NCBI GenBank assembly: GCA_017410605.1
Contig: JAFQQN010000005.1
Span: forward strand, 108,741-172,740
Direction of reading: 5' to 3'
Source: Clostridia bacterium
GTDB lineage: Bacteria > Bacillota > Clostridia > Oscillospirales > Acutalibacteraceae
Length of the DNA: 64,000 nucleotides
This document shows positions 44,600-54,758 of the stretch, in pieces. The notes beneath the pieces were generated by a model that was not told the origin of the DNA, searched no databases, and worked only from the letters and a program-made list of their open reading frames with translations. The position numbers and the translations under genes are program-made. How positions within the stretch are numbered: position 1 is the stretch's first letter; each line of letters begins with the position of its first letter.

Positions 44600-46108
44600 T
44601 TATTTTGCAGCAACACGAGTTAACTCTTTATTAGCTCTGGTAACGCCAGTATTAACATTACCCTTATATTTATTAAGAACAGTGTTGATGTTAGCTACAG
44701 TGGACTTAGAAAGCTCGTTACAAATTTTGTTGTAGGTACCATCAGAAACATAGTCGGCAATACCCTGACCGTTCATAGTACGCTTCTTAGCGCTTTCTGC
44801 AGTAATGATGTTAAATACTTCTTCATACTGTTTGCTATAGAAGGTAGAAGACATGTCAATAGTAGATGGGTCGAGGTAATAACGAATGAAGTATGCAGCG
44901 CCCTGAACGTTTTTAGCGCCCTTAGGAACACCCCAAGTCTTAGGACGAACAGGAATGTATGCCTCAGACTGTGAAGGACCTGCTACAGGAACAGCCATCA
45001 TGTTTTTATGTGTAGCATTATTCTGTACATCGAGCCAAGAGCCCTGATTGTAAAGACCGTATGCAATAGCTGAGAACATACCAACCTTACCCTGCTGGAA
45101 GCCGGTTAAATCATAACCTGTAGTTGCACCGGCAGTGTTAAGCTCAGCAGCTTCGGTCCAAGCAGTAACAAGAGCTTCGTTCTTAACACCAAGATTGTTG
45201 GTGAAGGTAGCCTTAACAGGGTCATAATCAACAAAGTCTAAACCTGCGGAGTTCATAAATACATCGAAGCCTTGAGTTGCAAAACCAGTATAACCCTTAG
45301 CAGTACCGTGCTGCTTAACTGCAAGAGCATATTCCTTCTGCTTAGCCCAGTTCCACTTACCAGCCTTATAAAGCTCCCAAGGCATTTCGGTAATGCCGCA
45401 CTCGCTGAGAACTGCGGGGTTGTAATATGTTACATAGTTGGTATCTTCAACAGACCAAATACCGCGTATAGCAGCACCATAGTACTTATCGCCGGCACGG
45501 AACTCATCCATATAATTTTTGTACCAAATACTATCGTTAAGGTTAAACTTGTTAACATCTAAAGCCTGAAGAGACTTAGTAACAAAACCGGGGAAGTTTC
45601 TTGAGCTAAGGCAAACAACGTCAGGAGAATCCTTACCTGTAATCATAGCAACAAGTTTGGTTGAATACTCATTCTCAGTTGTAACTGTTGTGCGAACCTT
45701 AATGCCGGTTTTATTCTGAAAATCGTTAACCTGTTTTTGTTCAGATTCTGTGTAGTTTCTCCACATAAGAACATGAACGCCCTTTTCCTTAACAGAAGCA
45801 GGGATATTAGCATAGTCTGTAAGGTTTACAGGACCGTTGTTGCTACCCGACTGTTTAGAAGTGCTGTTCTTTTGCTTAGAAGTGGTGGTTTGCTTTTTAG
45901 AAGAACCATCTTTATTTTCAGAAGATGCATCAGCTGCATCACCGGTAGAATTGGTATCTTCTTCGTTGCCCTCAACAGATGTAACATCTGCGTTGGTTTT
46001 GCCGCTTTCGGTACCCTTGTTGTCTTTACAAGCAGTGAATGCCATAACAACAACCAACATAAGGGCAACAAGTGACAATAACTTTGCTGTCAATGTACTT
46101 GCTTTCAT
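44600..46108 (-). CDS. Carbohydrate ABC transporter substrate-binding lipoprotein
   Basis: Lipobox AFTAC, a Ser/Thr/Asn-rich linker and a family-1 SBP body. Confidence 0.8.
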   Translation of the reverse strand: MKASTLTAKLLSLVALMLVVVMAFTACKDNKGTESGKTNADVTSVEGNEEDTNSTGDAADASSENKDGSSKKQTTTSKQKNSTSKQSGSNNGPVNLTDYANIPASVKEKGVHVLMWRNYTESEQKQVNDFQNKTGIKVRTTVTTENEYSTKLVAMITGKDSPDVVCLSSRNFPGFVTKSLQALDVNKFNLNDSIWYKNYMDEFRAGDKYYGAAIRGIWSVEDTNYVTYYNPAVLSECGITEMPWELYKAGKWNWAKQKEYALAVKQHGTAKGYTGFATQGFDVFMNSAGLDFVDYDPVKATFTNNLGVKNEALVTAWTEAAELNTAGATTGYDLTGFQQGKVGMFSAIAYGLYNQGSWLDVQNNATHKNMMAVPVAGPSQSEAYIPVRPKTWGVPKGAKNVQGAAYFIRYYLDPSTIDMSSTFYSKQYEEVFNIITAESAKKRTMNGQGIADYVSDGTYNKICNELSKSTVANINTVLNKYKGNVNTGVTRANKELTRVAAK

Positions 46109-46177
46109 TTTGTTTTACCTCCATAAAATTTATTTAAAAATTATAAATGCACTTTACCGTACATTATATACAAGTAT

Positions 46178-46206
46178 ATTTTACTCGGTATAAACATTAC
46201 TGTCAA
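46178..46206 (-). promoter_or_regulatory. Internal SigA-type promoter for the SBP gene
   Basis: Minus strand TTGACA, 17 nt spacer, TAAAAT. Confidence 0.5.
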
Positions 46207-46241
46207 TAGAAAATTGTATGTTTTTAATATTTTTCATTTAA

Positions 46242-46276
46242 CAAGATATTCCTGTTTCGGCTACAGGAATATCTTG
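46242..46276. other. 14-bp perfect-stem intercistronic hairpin
   Basis: CAAGATATTCCTGT / ACAGGAATATCTTG, with no clear U-tract. Confidence 0.6.
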
Positions 46277-46303
46277 CCAGTAATTTTACACCCGAAACTT
46301 TAA

Positions 46304-47290
46304 TTATCCAACAATACCTACGCGGTCAATACTTTGAATGAACTTTTTCTGCATAAACAGATACATTATAAGAACCGGAAGTATAAATAATAAACAAGCG
46401 GCAGAAACCAATGGTGGGGCGCCCTCATTACGGTAACCCAGGGTTTCAAAAATTGTTAATGCATTAGAAAGTCTAACCGACAGCGGGAAGGTATTTGTAA
46501 AGAATATAACCGACTGATAATATTCATTCCAGTGCCAGATAATTGCAAATATTGAAACGGTAAGGAATACCACGCCAGATGAAGGAATAACAACCCTTAC
46601 GAAGGTCATAAAGGGGCCGCAGCCGTCTATCCAAGATGCCTCTTCAAGCTCTTTAGGAAGACCCATAAAGAACTGTCTATAAATGAAGATGAAAAGACCT
46701 GAACGGAGACCAACACCGAAAAGCGAAGGTAACCAGAAGGTGAATGGCGTGTCTATTAAATCAAGATAAACAGGGTCAGGATTTTGGGTTATTGTATTAA
46801 TCAATCCAATAATTCCCAAAACGTCGAAATACCTGAAGTTAAGGAACAGAGGAATAACCAAAATCTGAACCGGTACAATGGCTGTAAACAGCACCAAGGC
46901 AAAAAGCAATCCCCTACCCTTAAACTGGAACCTTGAAAAACCATAAGCTGCAACTGCGCAAGAAAAAATTTCTAAAAGAGCACTTATGCCGCCAATAAGC
47001 AATGTATTAAGCAAGGAGGTTGGGTAATCAAGTGCCTCCCAAGCTATTTTAAAGTTCTCGAAGGTGGGTGATTTAGTAATCCAGGTAACGCTGGTATCCA
47101 TAATATCGCTCTTGCTCATAATTGAGAACGAAAACATCGCAAAAAGCGGATAAAGAATGATATAGCTTATAGAAATAAGGAAAACTAGGCGGAAAGCAGA
47201 AAGTATCCATTTTCCAATATAATCTTTAAGCTTATGTCTGTTAAGGTCGGGAAATTTATCTTTAACCTTTGTTTTTAAAAAGCTAGTCAT
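46304..47290 (-). CDS. Carbohydrate ABC transporter permease (MalG-like)
   Basis: Start set at MTSFLK after AAGGAGGG. EAA loop EASWIDGCGPFMTF. Confidence 0.85.
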   Translation of the reverse strand: MTSFLKTKVKDKFPDLNRHKLKDYIGKWILSAFRLVFLISISYIILYPLFAMFSFSIMSKSDIMDTSVTWITKSPTFENFKIAWEALDYPTSLLNTLLIGGISALLEIFSCAVAAYGFSRFQFKGRGLLFALVLFTAIVPVQILVIPLFLNFRYFDVLGIIGLINTITQNPDPVYLDLIDTPFTFWLPSLFGVGLRSGLFIFIYRQFFMGLPKELEEASWIDGCGPFMTFVRVVIPSSGVVFLTVSIFAIIWHWNEYYQSVIFFTNTFPLSVRLSNALTIFETLGYRNEGAPPLVSAACLLFILPVLIMYLFMQKKFIQSIDRVGIVG

Positions 47291-47304
47291 TTTAATTTCC
47301 CTCC

Positions 47305-48405
47305 TTATTCCCAACGTTTAAGGCAAAGCTTAGAATAGATAAGAATTATCAGACCAATAATGGTACCAACAATAGCAAAGAATACCCAAAGCATTGCCGC
47401 ACTGTGATAGTAGTTTGCGTTATCAATCATTTGCGTGTAGGCCTGATTAATAACCAAGCTATTAGACTGAGTTAAAAGTTCGATTAAGGTGAAAACAATA
47501 ACCAGAAGTATTGTTTGACCTATCATAGGAAGTGTAATATACCAAAACTCTTCCCAAGTAGTAGCACCTTCAACCTTAGAAGCTTCGTAAAGCTGTGCCG
47601 GAATTGTCTGGAGTCCTGCAATATAAAGAACAACCGGAATACCACAGGTCCAAATTGTGTTGAAGATGTCGGTTATCATTTTTGAAAGCTGCGCAGTAAG
47701 GTCTTCAGGGAGATTCAACTGATTCAAAAGGGCTGAGAAGTCCATACCACTTGTTGTGCCGGCTGCAGAATATGCATCTTCTGCAGATTTTGCAGAAAGC
47801 TGAACGATAGCACCGTAACCGCCATAGCTTCTGGTAAGAAGCGTCATAACAACACCGGTAGCAACAATAACCGGAACGAAGAATACTCCACGGAAGAAGG
47901 TTCTTCCCTTGAAATTGCCATTAAGTACCAATGCAAGTATAAGGCTAACAATAACAATAATAGGCATTGAGGTGAAGAAACTGCTGATAGATTTGGTAAG
48001 ATTATTAACAAAATCCATATCTTCTTCAAAAATGAAGCGATAGTTTTCAATTCCTTCAAAAACCGAATACATCTCACCGGGGGCTACCTCAACATAACAG
48101 AAAGAATACCAGAGTGATTCGAAAAGTGGAACTATAAAGAAGAGCAGCATACCAATGCACCAAGGAAGGATAAACATACGGCCATACATACTTTTCTTGG
48201 ATTCAATACCCTTAACATGTTTTTTGTTAAGGTCGGGAATTATGTTACCTCTGTGATCATAAGCAATCTTTTGCTTCTTTTTAAGTCTTTCTTCCCTTTT
48301 CTTTGCCCGAAGCTCGGCCTTTTCAGCCTTAATAATGTCTTTTACGCTGGTAGCAGAGGAGCCTTCAGCGATAGTTATAGTTTCTGTGTTTTTATCTTTT
48401 TTCAC
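47305..48405 (-). CDS. Carbohydrate ABC transporter permease (MalF-like) with a Lys/Glu-rich N-terminal extension
   Basis: EAA loop EASKVEGATTWEEFWYITLP. Confidence 0.85.
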   Translation of the reverse strand: MKKDKNTETITIAEGSSATSVKDIIKAEKAELRAKKREERLKKKQKIAYDHRGNIIPDLNKKHVKGIESKKSMYGRMFILPWCIGMLLFFIVPLFESLWYSFCYVEVAPGEMYSVFEGIENYRFIFEEDMDFVNNLTKSISSFFTSMPIIVIVSLILALVLNGNFKGRTFFRGVFFVPVIVATGVVMTLLTRSYGGYGAIVQLSAKSAEDAYSAAGTTSGMDFSALLNQLNLPEDLTAQLSKMITDIFNTIWTCGIPVVLYIAGLQTIPAQLYEASKVEGATTWEEFWYITLPMIGQTILLVIVFTLIELLTQSNSLVINQAYTQMIDNANYYHSAAMLWVFFAIVGTIIGLIILIYSKLCLKRWE

Positions 48406-48418
48406 TAAAATCTCCTCC

Positions 48419-49612
48419 TTACCTTGCTACGAAACCAAGAGCCTTAACAGTGCCGTAATCTGTGCTGACAAAATCTTGTTCGCTGTAGTTTACAACAACT
48501 GAAACTCCGTTTTCGAAAACTGTTCTTGTAACATCTTTTGCAATATAGCTGTGAGATTTTATAGCCGAACCCGCTACCTTGTTAAGGAAATCCTTAGATT
48601 CGCTAACATATTGCTCAATTTCGGCCTTAACATCGCTGTAAACTGCTGTATTAAGCCCACGCATATATTGCTTTCTTAAATCGTTATTGTAATTTGCTAA
48701 TACTGTAAAGGAAAGTCCGCTACCCGTTTCAATTGCTTTAAGGAATTGTTTTCGGTGATTAACGGCCATATTAATAGCAGATGTGCTGATAGCTTTGGTT
48801 CCCTGGAACACTATTTGATAAAGAGGAACTTCTTCATCAAAAGACAGGAACTTTGCAGAGTTTGCAGGAGAGCCGGTTACAATATCTGCGGCTGCGGCTG
48901 CATAAGAAAATGCACCATCTAACATAACAGTTTTGCTCTTAGCAGAAATGTCGCCAACAATCTTCTCAACATCTGCACCCATTAAGGTTTTAAGCGGATA
49001 ATAAGCATTTTCTACTTCAGACTCATAATCTGAATAGCAATAATTACCTAATGTATCAAAGGACATTCCGGTAATTGAAAATTTATCAGCAATTTCGACA
49101 GCTTCATTAACGCTCTGTGGTAAAAGCTTACGTGAAACCATTACACTTGAAACTCCGCCGGCACTCTTTTTACGCTCTGATCCGTTACTGTAGTTAAACT
49201 GCTTAACAACAGCAGAGATATCAATAACATTAACGGCAGCATCTTTACTAATGCTATATCCTTTACTGTCTTCAGCAAATGTTACAGGATTAAAGTTGAA
49301 GAAGGTTTTAATAGACTCATTATTAGTAAAATCAATAAAGCTCTCAAGACTCTTCTTATTTCCGTGAGCACCAGTAAGCTTATTATTACCGTTAAGCTTA
49401 TAACCGTTAATACCGCCTTCACCATAACCATACATATTAGCTATTATGCTTCCGCCGGAAATTGTTTTAAGCTCGGAAAGAATATTCTTGGCTTCTTCGT
49501 AAGAGGTTAATGAAACCTCTTTTTTAGTGGGGAAGCCTAAGAAAAGGTCGTCCTCTACATAACTACCTATAAACTTAACAGTAAGCAATGAATTATCCTG
49601 CGATTTCTTCAT
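48419..49612 (-). CDS. C-terminal half of a DUF5696-like protein
   Basis: 397 aa. Its ATG overlaps the upstream stop (ATGA), and its frame stays open 20 codons upstream of the ATG. Confidence 0.55.
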   Translation of the reverse strand: MKKSQDNSLLTVKFIGSYVEDDLFLGFPTKKEVSLTSYEEAKNILSELKTISGGSIIANMYGYGEGGINGYKLNGNNKLTGAHGNKKSLESFIDFTNNESIKTFFNFNPVTFAEDSKGYSISKDAAVNVIDISAVVKQFNYSNGSERKKSAGGVSSVMVSRKLLPQSVNEAVEIADKFSITGMSFDTLGNYCYSDYESEVENAYYPLKTLMGADVEKIVGDISAKSKTVMLDGAFSYAAAAADIVTGSPANSAKFLSFDEEVPLYQIVFQGTKAISTSAINMAVNHRKQFLKAIETGSGLSFTVLANYNNDLRKQYMRGLNTAVYSDVKAEIEQYVSESKDFLNKVAGSAIKSHSYIAKDVTRTVFENGVSVVVNYSEQDFVSTDYGTVKALGFVAR

Positions 49613-50667
49613 TTGATGCTTATCGGTAAGGTATTTTTGGTAGAACCTACCATTCCTGTATAATCGGCCTCTTCACCTGACAGACAGTAATAACCAACCA
49701 CATAGGGCGCTAAGCCCTCTTCAACCTGGGTGTTATACTGCGAACGGTGTCTTGAATCGGCGAATATTTTCTCATAGCCTATTACATTATAATAAGAGTT
49801 AACATAAGAATAACCTATAAGCGGGTCTCCTGTTTTTACAGACAGCCCTGTAGACTCTGCACCACTTTCAATAATAGCACAAAGAGCATAATTGCTGTTT
49901 TTGATACCATAGAAGGGCATCGTTAAAGGAATTTCACGCTGTGGACTCTCGTATTTGTTTATGGTCGGGTCAGTGCCGAACATTTCAGCTTCATAAGAAC
50001 GGCTTTTGTTATCCGAGCGTAGGTCGGTATACATAAGAGCTCCGCTTCCTGAGGGGAGCACTACATAAGAATCCTTACTACCTGCGGCTGTGTTTTTAAC
50101 CGAAGCCATAAAAGGAGCAGGTGTAACGCTGGTTATAATTGTTTCGCCATACAATTTAATATTTTCGGGATCAACCTTAACCTTAAATGCATCTTCCTCT
50201 AAATAAATATCCAAACCGATGATAGACTCTATTTCATCGAAATAAAAGCTAACTCTAAGACCATTATCGATTTTTTCTGAAGAGAAGCGACCTGACTGAA
50301 TACAAGCAGTACTTGCATAATATGTAAAGGTTTGCTCACCTTTACGGCAAACAAGAGAAAGTAAAGAGTTTATTAACTCATTGCTTGCAAAATTTTCCAC
50401 TGTAGTGGAATTAAGATAATCTACCGGGGTAGAGGACCATACAGCACCATCTTTTTTAGAGGTTACGGTTACAACGGCACGGTCCTTAACCCAATTTAGA
50501 ACAAAGTTTTCATTTTCGGCAATAACGCCACTATCGAGATTTACCATCTCTTTATTGATGTCATATACCTCAGTGTTTTCCGTTTCGGAAGAACCGCAGC
50601 CGGAGAGCGCACCGAAGATAAGACACAAAGCACATATTAAAGCTAAAAACTTTTTAAAGTGTTTCAT
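49609..50667 (-). CDS. Lipoprotein forming the N-terminal half of a DUF5696-like protein
   Basis: Lipobox LSGC. ENENFVLNWVKDRAVVTVTSKKDGAVWSSTP resembles the DUF5696 N-terminus. Confidence 0.55.
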   Translation of the reverse strand: MKHFKKFLALICALCLIFGALSGCGSSETENTEVYDINKEMVNLDSGVIAENENFVLNWVKDRAVVTVTSKKDGAVWSSTPVDYLNSTTVENFASNELINSLLSLVCRKGEQTFTYYASTACIQSGRFSSEKIDNGLRVSFYFDEIESIIGLDIYLEEDAFKVKVDPENIKLYGETIITSVTPAPFMASVKNTAAGSKDSYVVLPSGSGALMYTDLRSDNKSRSYEAEMFGTDPTINKYESPQREIPLTMPFYGIKNSNYALCAIIESGAESTGLSVKTGDPLIGYSYVNSYYNVIGYEKIFADSRHRSQYNTQVEEGLAPYVVGYYCLSGEEADYTGMVGSTKNTLPISIK

Positions 50668-50688
50668 ACTAAATCCTCCTGTCTGCGG

Positions 50689-52869
50689 TTATCTATAGCT
50701 TACTTCTTTGTAAAGGGTTCCAATAAAACCGGTAAGCTGTTGAACCAAAACAAATATCATAAGCACACAAAATACAACTACTAACATAGCCAATACTGTA
50801 ATAATTGTCATTACAATAAACTTAAAGAAGCCAAACTCGTGCACCGTCATATTGCCCACACAAAGCATAATTGCCGTTAAGGCGGTGCAAACTGTGCTAA
50901 TAGCGGTAAGAAGCAATGCTTCTTCAGGGGTAAACACGTGGCTGAGTGCTGTCAGCAAAATGTTGCTGACAATTGTAGGAATAAGCGCATAGCAAGTAAC
51001 AATATAAACCTGCTTCATTGTTCCCTTTCCTTCAAAGAGTGTTGACATACCCCAGTTAGCAACGGTCCAAAGAAGAACCAAACCAACACTTGTTATAAAG
51101 GGGAACACCACGTTATAACTACTCTTATCAAAGGCAACAAAGCTGAAGGAATAATACATTGTTGAAACCACTCCGCTAAGGAAGTAAAGAATCATACAAC
51201 CTGTCGCCAATTTTACCGAGCCGTTACCGTAGTAACGAACCTGCTGTGCACCCTGGAAGGGGTGAACCACGCTTTGCAGCATCGTGGCAAATTTTACATT
51301 CTTAATAAGTTTAACTTCGTGCTTGTTACTGTATACAAGGAAGAAAATAAGTCCGCCCACAAGGGCAATAGCTATAAGGAATATCCAAACGAAGTTATTA
51401 GTAAGATAATCATTTCTTACATATTTATATGCTGAACCATAAGTATCCTGGTCAAAGCCAAGCTTGGCATATTCAAGGCAAAGTTCATAATCTTCCTCAA
51501 CCAAAGCGGCACGGGCAAGACCGCGATAAGCAAGTTGAAGATTGCGGTCATAGGTAAGCGCCTTATTCCAATACTCTTTAGCATCGGAATAGTTACCTGC
51601 ATTAGTAAGATTTTGAGCTGTTTTAACCCAATTGCCGTATTCAGTTTCTTTATAAACTGTTACGTTTAAGTTAGATGTATCAACTACCAAAACATCTTGA
51701 GTAAGGTCGTTAATATGAATAGATGAAGCTTTGACAAAGGTGCCCTGCTGAAGACCTACAGAAATACCACCGCCAAAAACCGAAAGAAGGTTACAATCTT
51801 GGTCATAAATAAAAATGTGACCGTAAGTACGGCAGAGGCCATACATATAACCGTCTTTATCAACATCCATAGAGCAAAGGTCAGTAACTCTCCAAGCAAA
51901 ATAACCGGTAGACATTGGGTATTTTACGCCGCCGCCGTCAGAGAAGTTTACTCCCTCCGCTGAGGTAACCTTGGAACCGGTTTTGTCTTTAAGAACATTG
52001 GTTCCACCGGGAGAAAGCTTTTTAAGCTGGCCGGCATTAGTTTTTTGTGTGGACACAGCGCCTGTTGCTGTATAAATAAAGTTTTCATCGTCAATTGAAA
52101 TATCGGTAAAACAGTAAGGAAGCTCTTGTTCTGCATTAGCCTTCTTCATATCGCTCACAAAGATTTTTTCATAAATCTTCTCGAAAACACCAAGAATAGA
52201 ACCTTCAACAGAGTTAGAACCGTAGAAACCGTTGAAGCTTCCGTCAGGCTTATAGAGAACTGCGCCGTAATAAGAGCCTTCACTTAAAATATAGACGTAG
52301 CCTTTGGTGTCTACCGCAATCTTGTTAGGACGGTAAGAGAAATTCTCAGGAATAACATCTGCATCGGGAAGTAAAAGCACCTTTTTAACTGTTTTATCAA
52401 GACCGGTAACAATAACCCTTGCATTTTCGGTATCTGCAATATAAATTGCTTGGTCCTCAGTAACGAAAATACCCTTAGCACCTACAAAGGTAAGTGCCTG
52501 ATCGTTAAATGTAAGACTATCAATTACAGAATGAAGTGTGTAATCAGGGTTAACAACAACCACTCTGCCGTTACCGGAATCCATTATATAGATAAGCCCT
52601 TTAGTGTCAGTAAAGATATCGTTGGGTTCTTTAAAATCTGTAATACCAAGGGAAGCGGCAGTAATAGTGGTTTCAAACTCATACATTGGGGTGGACGAAG
52701 CAGTCCATCTGGTACCGGGGGCTGTCCAATAAGTATATGTGTCGTAGGGAACCTTCTGGAAGGATTCAGCAGATACTGTGCCACCGATAACGGTGGTCAG
52801 CATCATAAGCATAAGCAGAAAAGCGGCTACACGGCACACAACACTTCTTTTTTTGCTGTGTTTTTTCAT
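50689..52869 (-). CDS. Secreted NHL-repeat beta-propeller, TPR segment and C-terminal Yip1-type 5-TM domain protein
   Basis: Signal peptide. Repeated xxGxIYIxDxxNxRVxV NHL-like blades. A TPR-like GNYSDAKEYWNKALTYD segment. Multi-TM tail. Confidence 0.65.
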   Translation of the reverse strand: MKKHSKKRSVVCRVAAFLLMLMMLTTVIGGTVSAESFQKVPYDTYTYWTAPGTRWTASSTPMYEFETTITAASLGITDFKEPNDIFTDTKGLIYIMDSGNGRVVVVNPDYTLHSVIDSLTFNDQALTFVGAKGIFVTEDQAIYIADTENARVIVTGLDKTVKKVLLLPDADVIPENFSYRPNKIAVDTKGYVYILSEGSYYGAVLYKPDGSFNGFYGSNSVEGSILGVFEKIYEKIFVSDMKKANAEQELPYCFTDISIDDENFIYTATGAVSTQKTNAGQLKKLSPGGTNVLKDKTGSKVTSAEGVNFSDGGGVKYPMSTGYFAWRVTDLCSMDVDKDGYMYGLCRTYGHIFIYDQDCNLLSVFGGGISVGLQQGTFVKASSIHINDLTQDVLVVDTSNLNVTVYKETEYGNWVKTAQNLTNAGNYSDAKEYWNKALTYDRNLQLAYRGLARAALVEEDYELCLEYAKLGFDQDTYGSAYKYVRNDYLTNNFVWIFLIAIALVGGLIFFLVYSNKHEVKLIKNVKFATMLQSVVHPFQGAQQVRYYGNGSVKLATGCMILYFLSGVVSTMYYSFSFVAFDKSSYNVVFPFITSVGLVLLWTVANWGMSTLFEGKGTMKQVYIVTCYALIPTIVSNILLTALSHVFTPEEALLLTAISTVCTALTAIMLCVGNMTVHEFGFFKFIVMTIITVLAMLVVVFCVLMIFVLVQQLTGFIGTLYKEVSYR

Positions 52870-52889
52870 AATTCACTTTCCTCCTATGC

Positions 52890-53807
52890 TTATTTAATAC
52901 CGGCACTACTCATGGTTTGAGTAACGCTTCGCTGTGAAATAAGGTAAACCAAAATCGGTGGTATCATCATTATAACCGTAACCGCCATAGCACATCCCTG
53001 ACGGGCTATACCGCCGGAAGCAATTGTAGATGCCGCAAAGGGCAGGGTTTTAAGCTCTTCACTAAAGATTGTACCGCCGGGAACAATAGACCACATATCT
53101 CTGAATGAGAAAAGAGTGAGGGTGAGCCAAGCGGGCTTAACAATAGGCATAGCTATCTGCCAATAAATTCTGAAAGAACCGGCACCGTCAATTCTTGCAG
53201 CCTCTATAAGAGGGTCAGGAACGTTGGTATCCATAAACTGCTTCATAAGAAATACACCCATTGAAGATGGAATAGCAGGAAGTATATAAACCAAATATGT
53301 ATCTATCATTCCAAGGGTGGAATAAATGAGGTAACGTGGAATTTCAAGGGTATATGCATTATAAAGAAGTGACATCTGAATAACGGTAAATATAATCTTC
53401 TTACCTTTAATATCTGTCTTAGCTAAAACAAAGGCTGCAGCAGAAGCAACAAGAATATGGAAGAATGTAGTTACAACGCTGACGAAAATACTGTTAAATG
53501 CATATCTTGAAAGAGGAACCGCCAAGTTATCTAACAGGCTTGGAAGAGTAAGATAGTTAGAGGGTGTGGGACTTACTACATAAAACCTGGGCGGGAAAAC
53601 CAAAAGCTCATCCAAAGGCTTGAAGGATGTGATGATACAGTATATCATCGGCAGGATAGAATAAAGACCAAAAACAACAAGAAAGAGGGTGTAGAAGAAG
53701 TTACCTGCTTTTGTACGGGTAAACCTTTTATACTGGTCTTTGCGGGATGCCTTTAAACGCAATTTTTGCAATTTTTTAGCATCTGATTTACTAATTGACA
53801 TTTGCAT
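52890..53807 (-). CDS. Carbohydrate ABC transporter permease
   Basis: EAARIDGAGSFRIYWQIAMP. Confidence 0.85.
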   Translation of the reverse strand: MQMSISKSDAKKLQKLRLKASRKDQYKRFTRTKAGNFFYTLFLVVFGLYSILPMIYCIITSFKPLDELLVFPPRFYVVSPTPSNYLTLPSLLDNLAVPLSRYAFNSIFVSVVTTFFHILVASAAAFVLAKTDIKGKKIIFTVIQMSLLYNAYTLEIPRYLIYSTLGMIDTYLVYILPAIPSSMGVFLMKQFMDTNVPDPLIEAARIDGAGSFRIYWQIAMPIVKPAWLTLTLFSFRDMWSIVPGGTIFSEELKTLPFAASTIASGGIARQGCAMAVTVIMMIPPILVYLISQRSVTQTMSSAGIK

Positions 53808-53814
53808 TTAATTC

Positions 53815-54741
53815 TTACCTCCCCGCCATATTTACTAACTTGCCTAACAACTGTTTAGTAAGTGACATTAAAATAAACAGTACTACTGAAATAGCCGCGG
53901 CATAGCCCATTTCGTATCTCGAAGCACCCACGTCGGAAATAAGGGAAACCAGTGTGTCGGTTGAGTTATTAACACTGGGATAACCACAAAGTGCAATGGG
54001 CACTGCACCTACTGAGAAAGCAGACTGAATCTGCATAACAACGCCGAACATAAGAATGTTCTTCATTGAAGGAATGGTTATGTACCAAAGCTCATGCCAA
54101 CGGTTACGAATACCGTCAATAGCACCGGCCTCATAAAGCTCGGGATTAACGTTTTGTAAACCTGCGATGTTGGAGAGGAAGGTAACACCCATATTAAGCC
54201 ATAACTGAACTATACATATAACAGGAAGTGCAATACTGGGGTTTTTAAGCCACTGAATAGGCTCAACTATGAGACCCATAGAAAGCAATGTGCTGTTAAT
54301 ATAACCGTAAGCATCGCCACTGAAAAGTATCTGCCAAATAAAATACACGTTACCCGAAAGGGCGGGTGCATAGAAAAGGAAGGAAAGCAAAGTTCTTACA
54401 GTAGGGCCAAATTCATTAACCATCCATGCAAGCATAAAAGCAAGGAAAAATCCGATAGGTCCAGTAATAATAGCCAGTGTGGCAGTGTTGCTTAAAGCCT
54501 TAGGAAAAACTTCGTCCTGAACAAACATACGAAGATAGTTATCAAGACCAATAAAGCGTGGTGTGGAAACAGCATCAAAATCGAAAAAGCTGAGCACCAC
54601 GGAACTAATAACCGGTAAAACTGTAAAAGCAACGAACAGGATAAAGAAAGGTGCAATCATAAAGTAGTATACAAGATTGCTGTTGAATTTATCTCTTTTG
54701 CGAAGCTTACTAAGTTCTGCAGCAGTTTTTGCATTATTCAT
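53815..54741 (-). CDS. Carbohydrate ABC transporter permease
   Basis: EAGAIDGIRNRWHELWYITIP. Confidence 0.85.
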   Translation of the reverse strand: MNNAKTAAELSKLRKRDKFNSNLVYYFMIAPFFILFVAFTVLPVISSVVLSFFDFDAVSTPRFIGLDNYLRMFVQDEVFPKALSNTATLAIITGPIGFFLAFMLAWMVNEFGPTVRTLLSFLFYAPALSGNVYFIWQILFSGDAYGYINSTLLSMGLIVEPIQWLKNPSIALPVICIVQLWLNMGVTFLSNIAGLQNVNPELYEAGAIDGIRNRWHELWYITIPSMKNILMFGVVMQIQSAFSVGAVPIALCGYPSVNNSTDTLVSLISDVGASRYEMGYAAAISVVLFILMSLTKQLLGKLVNMAGR

Positions 54742-54758
54742 ACTTTTAGTCCCCTTTC

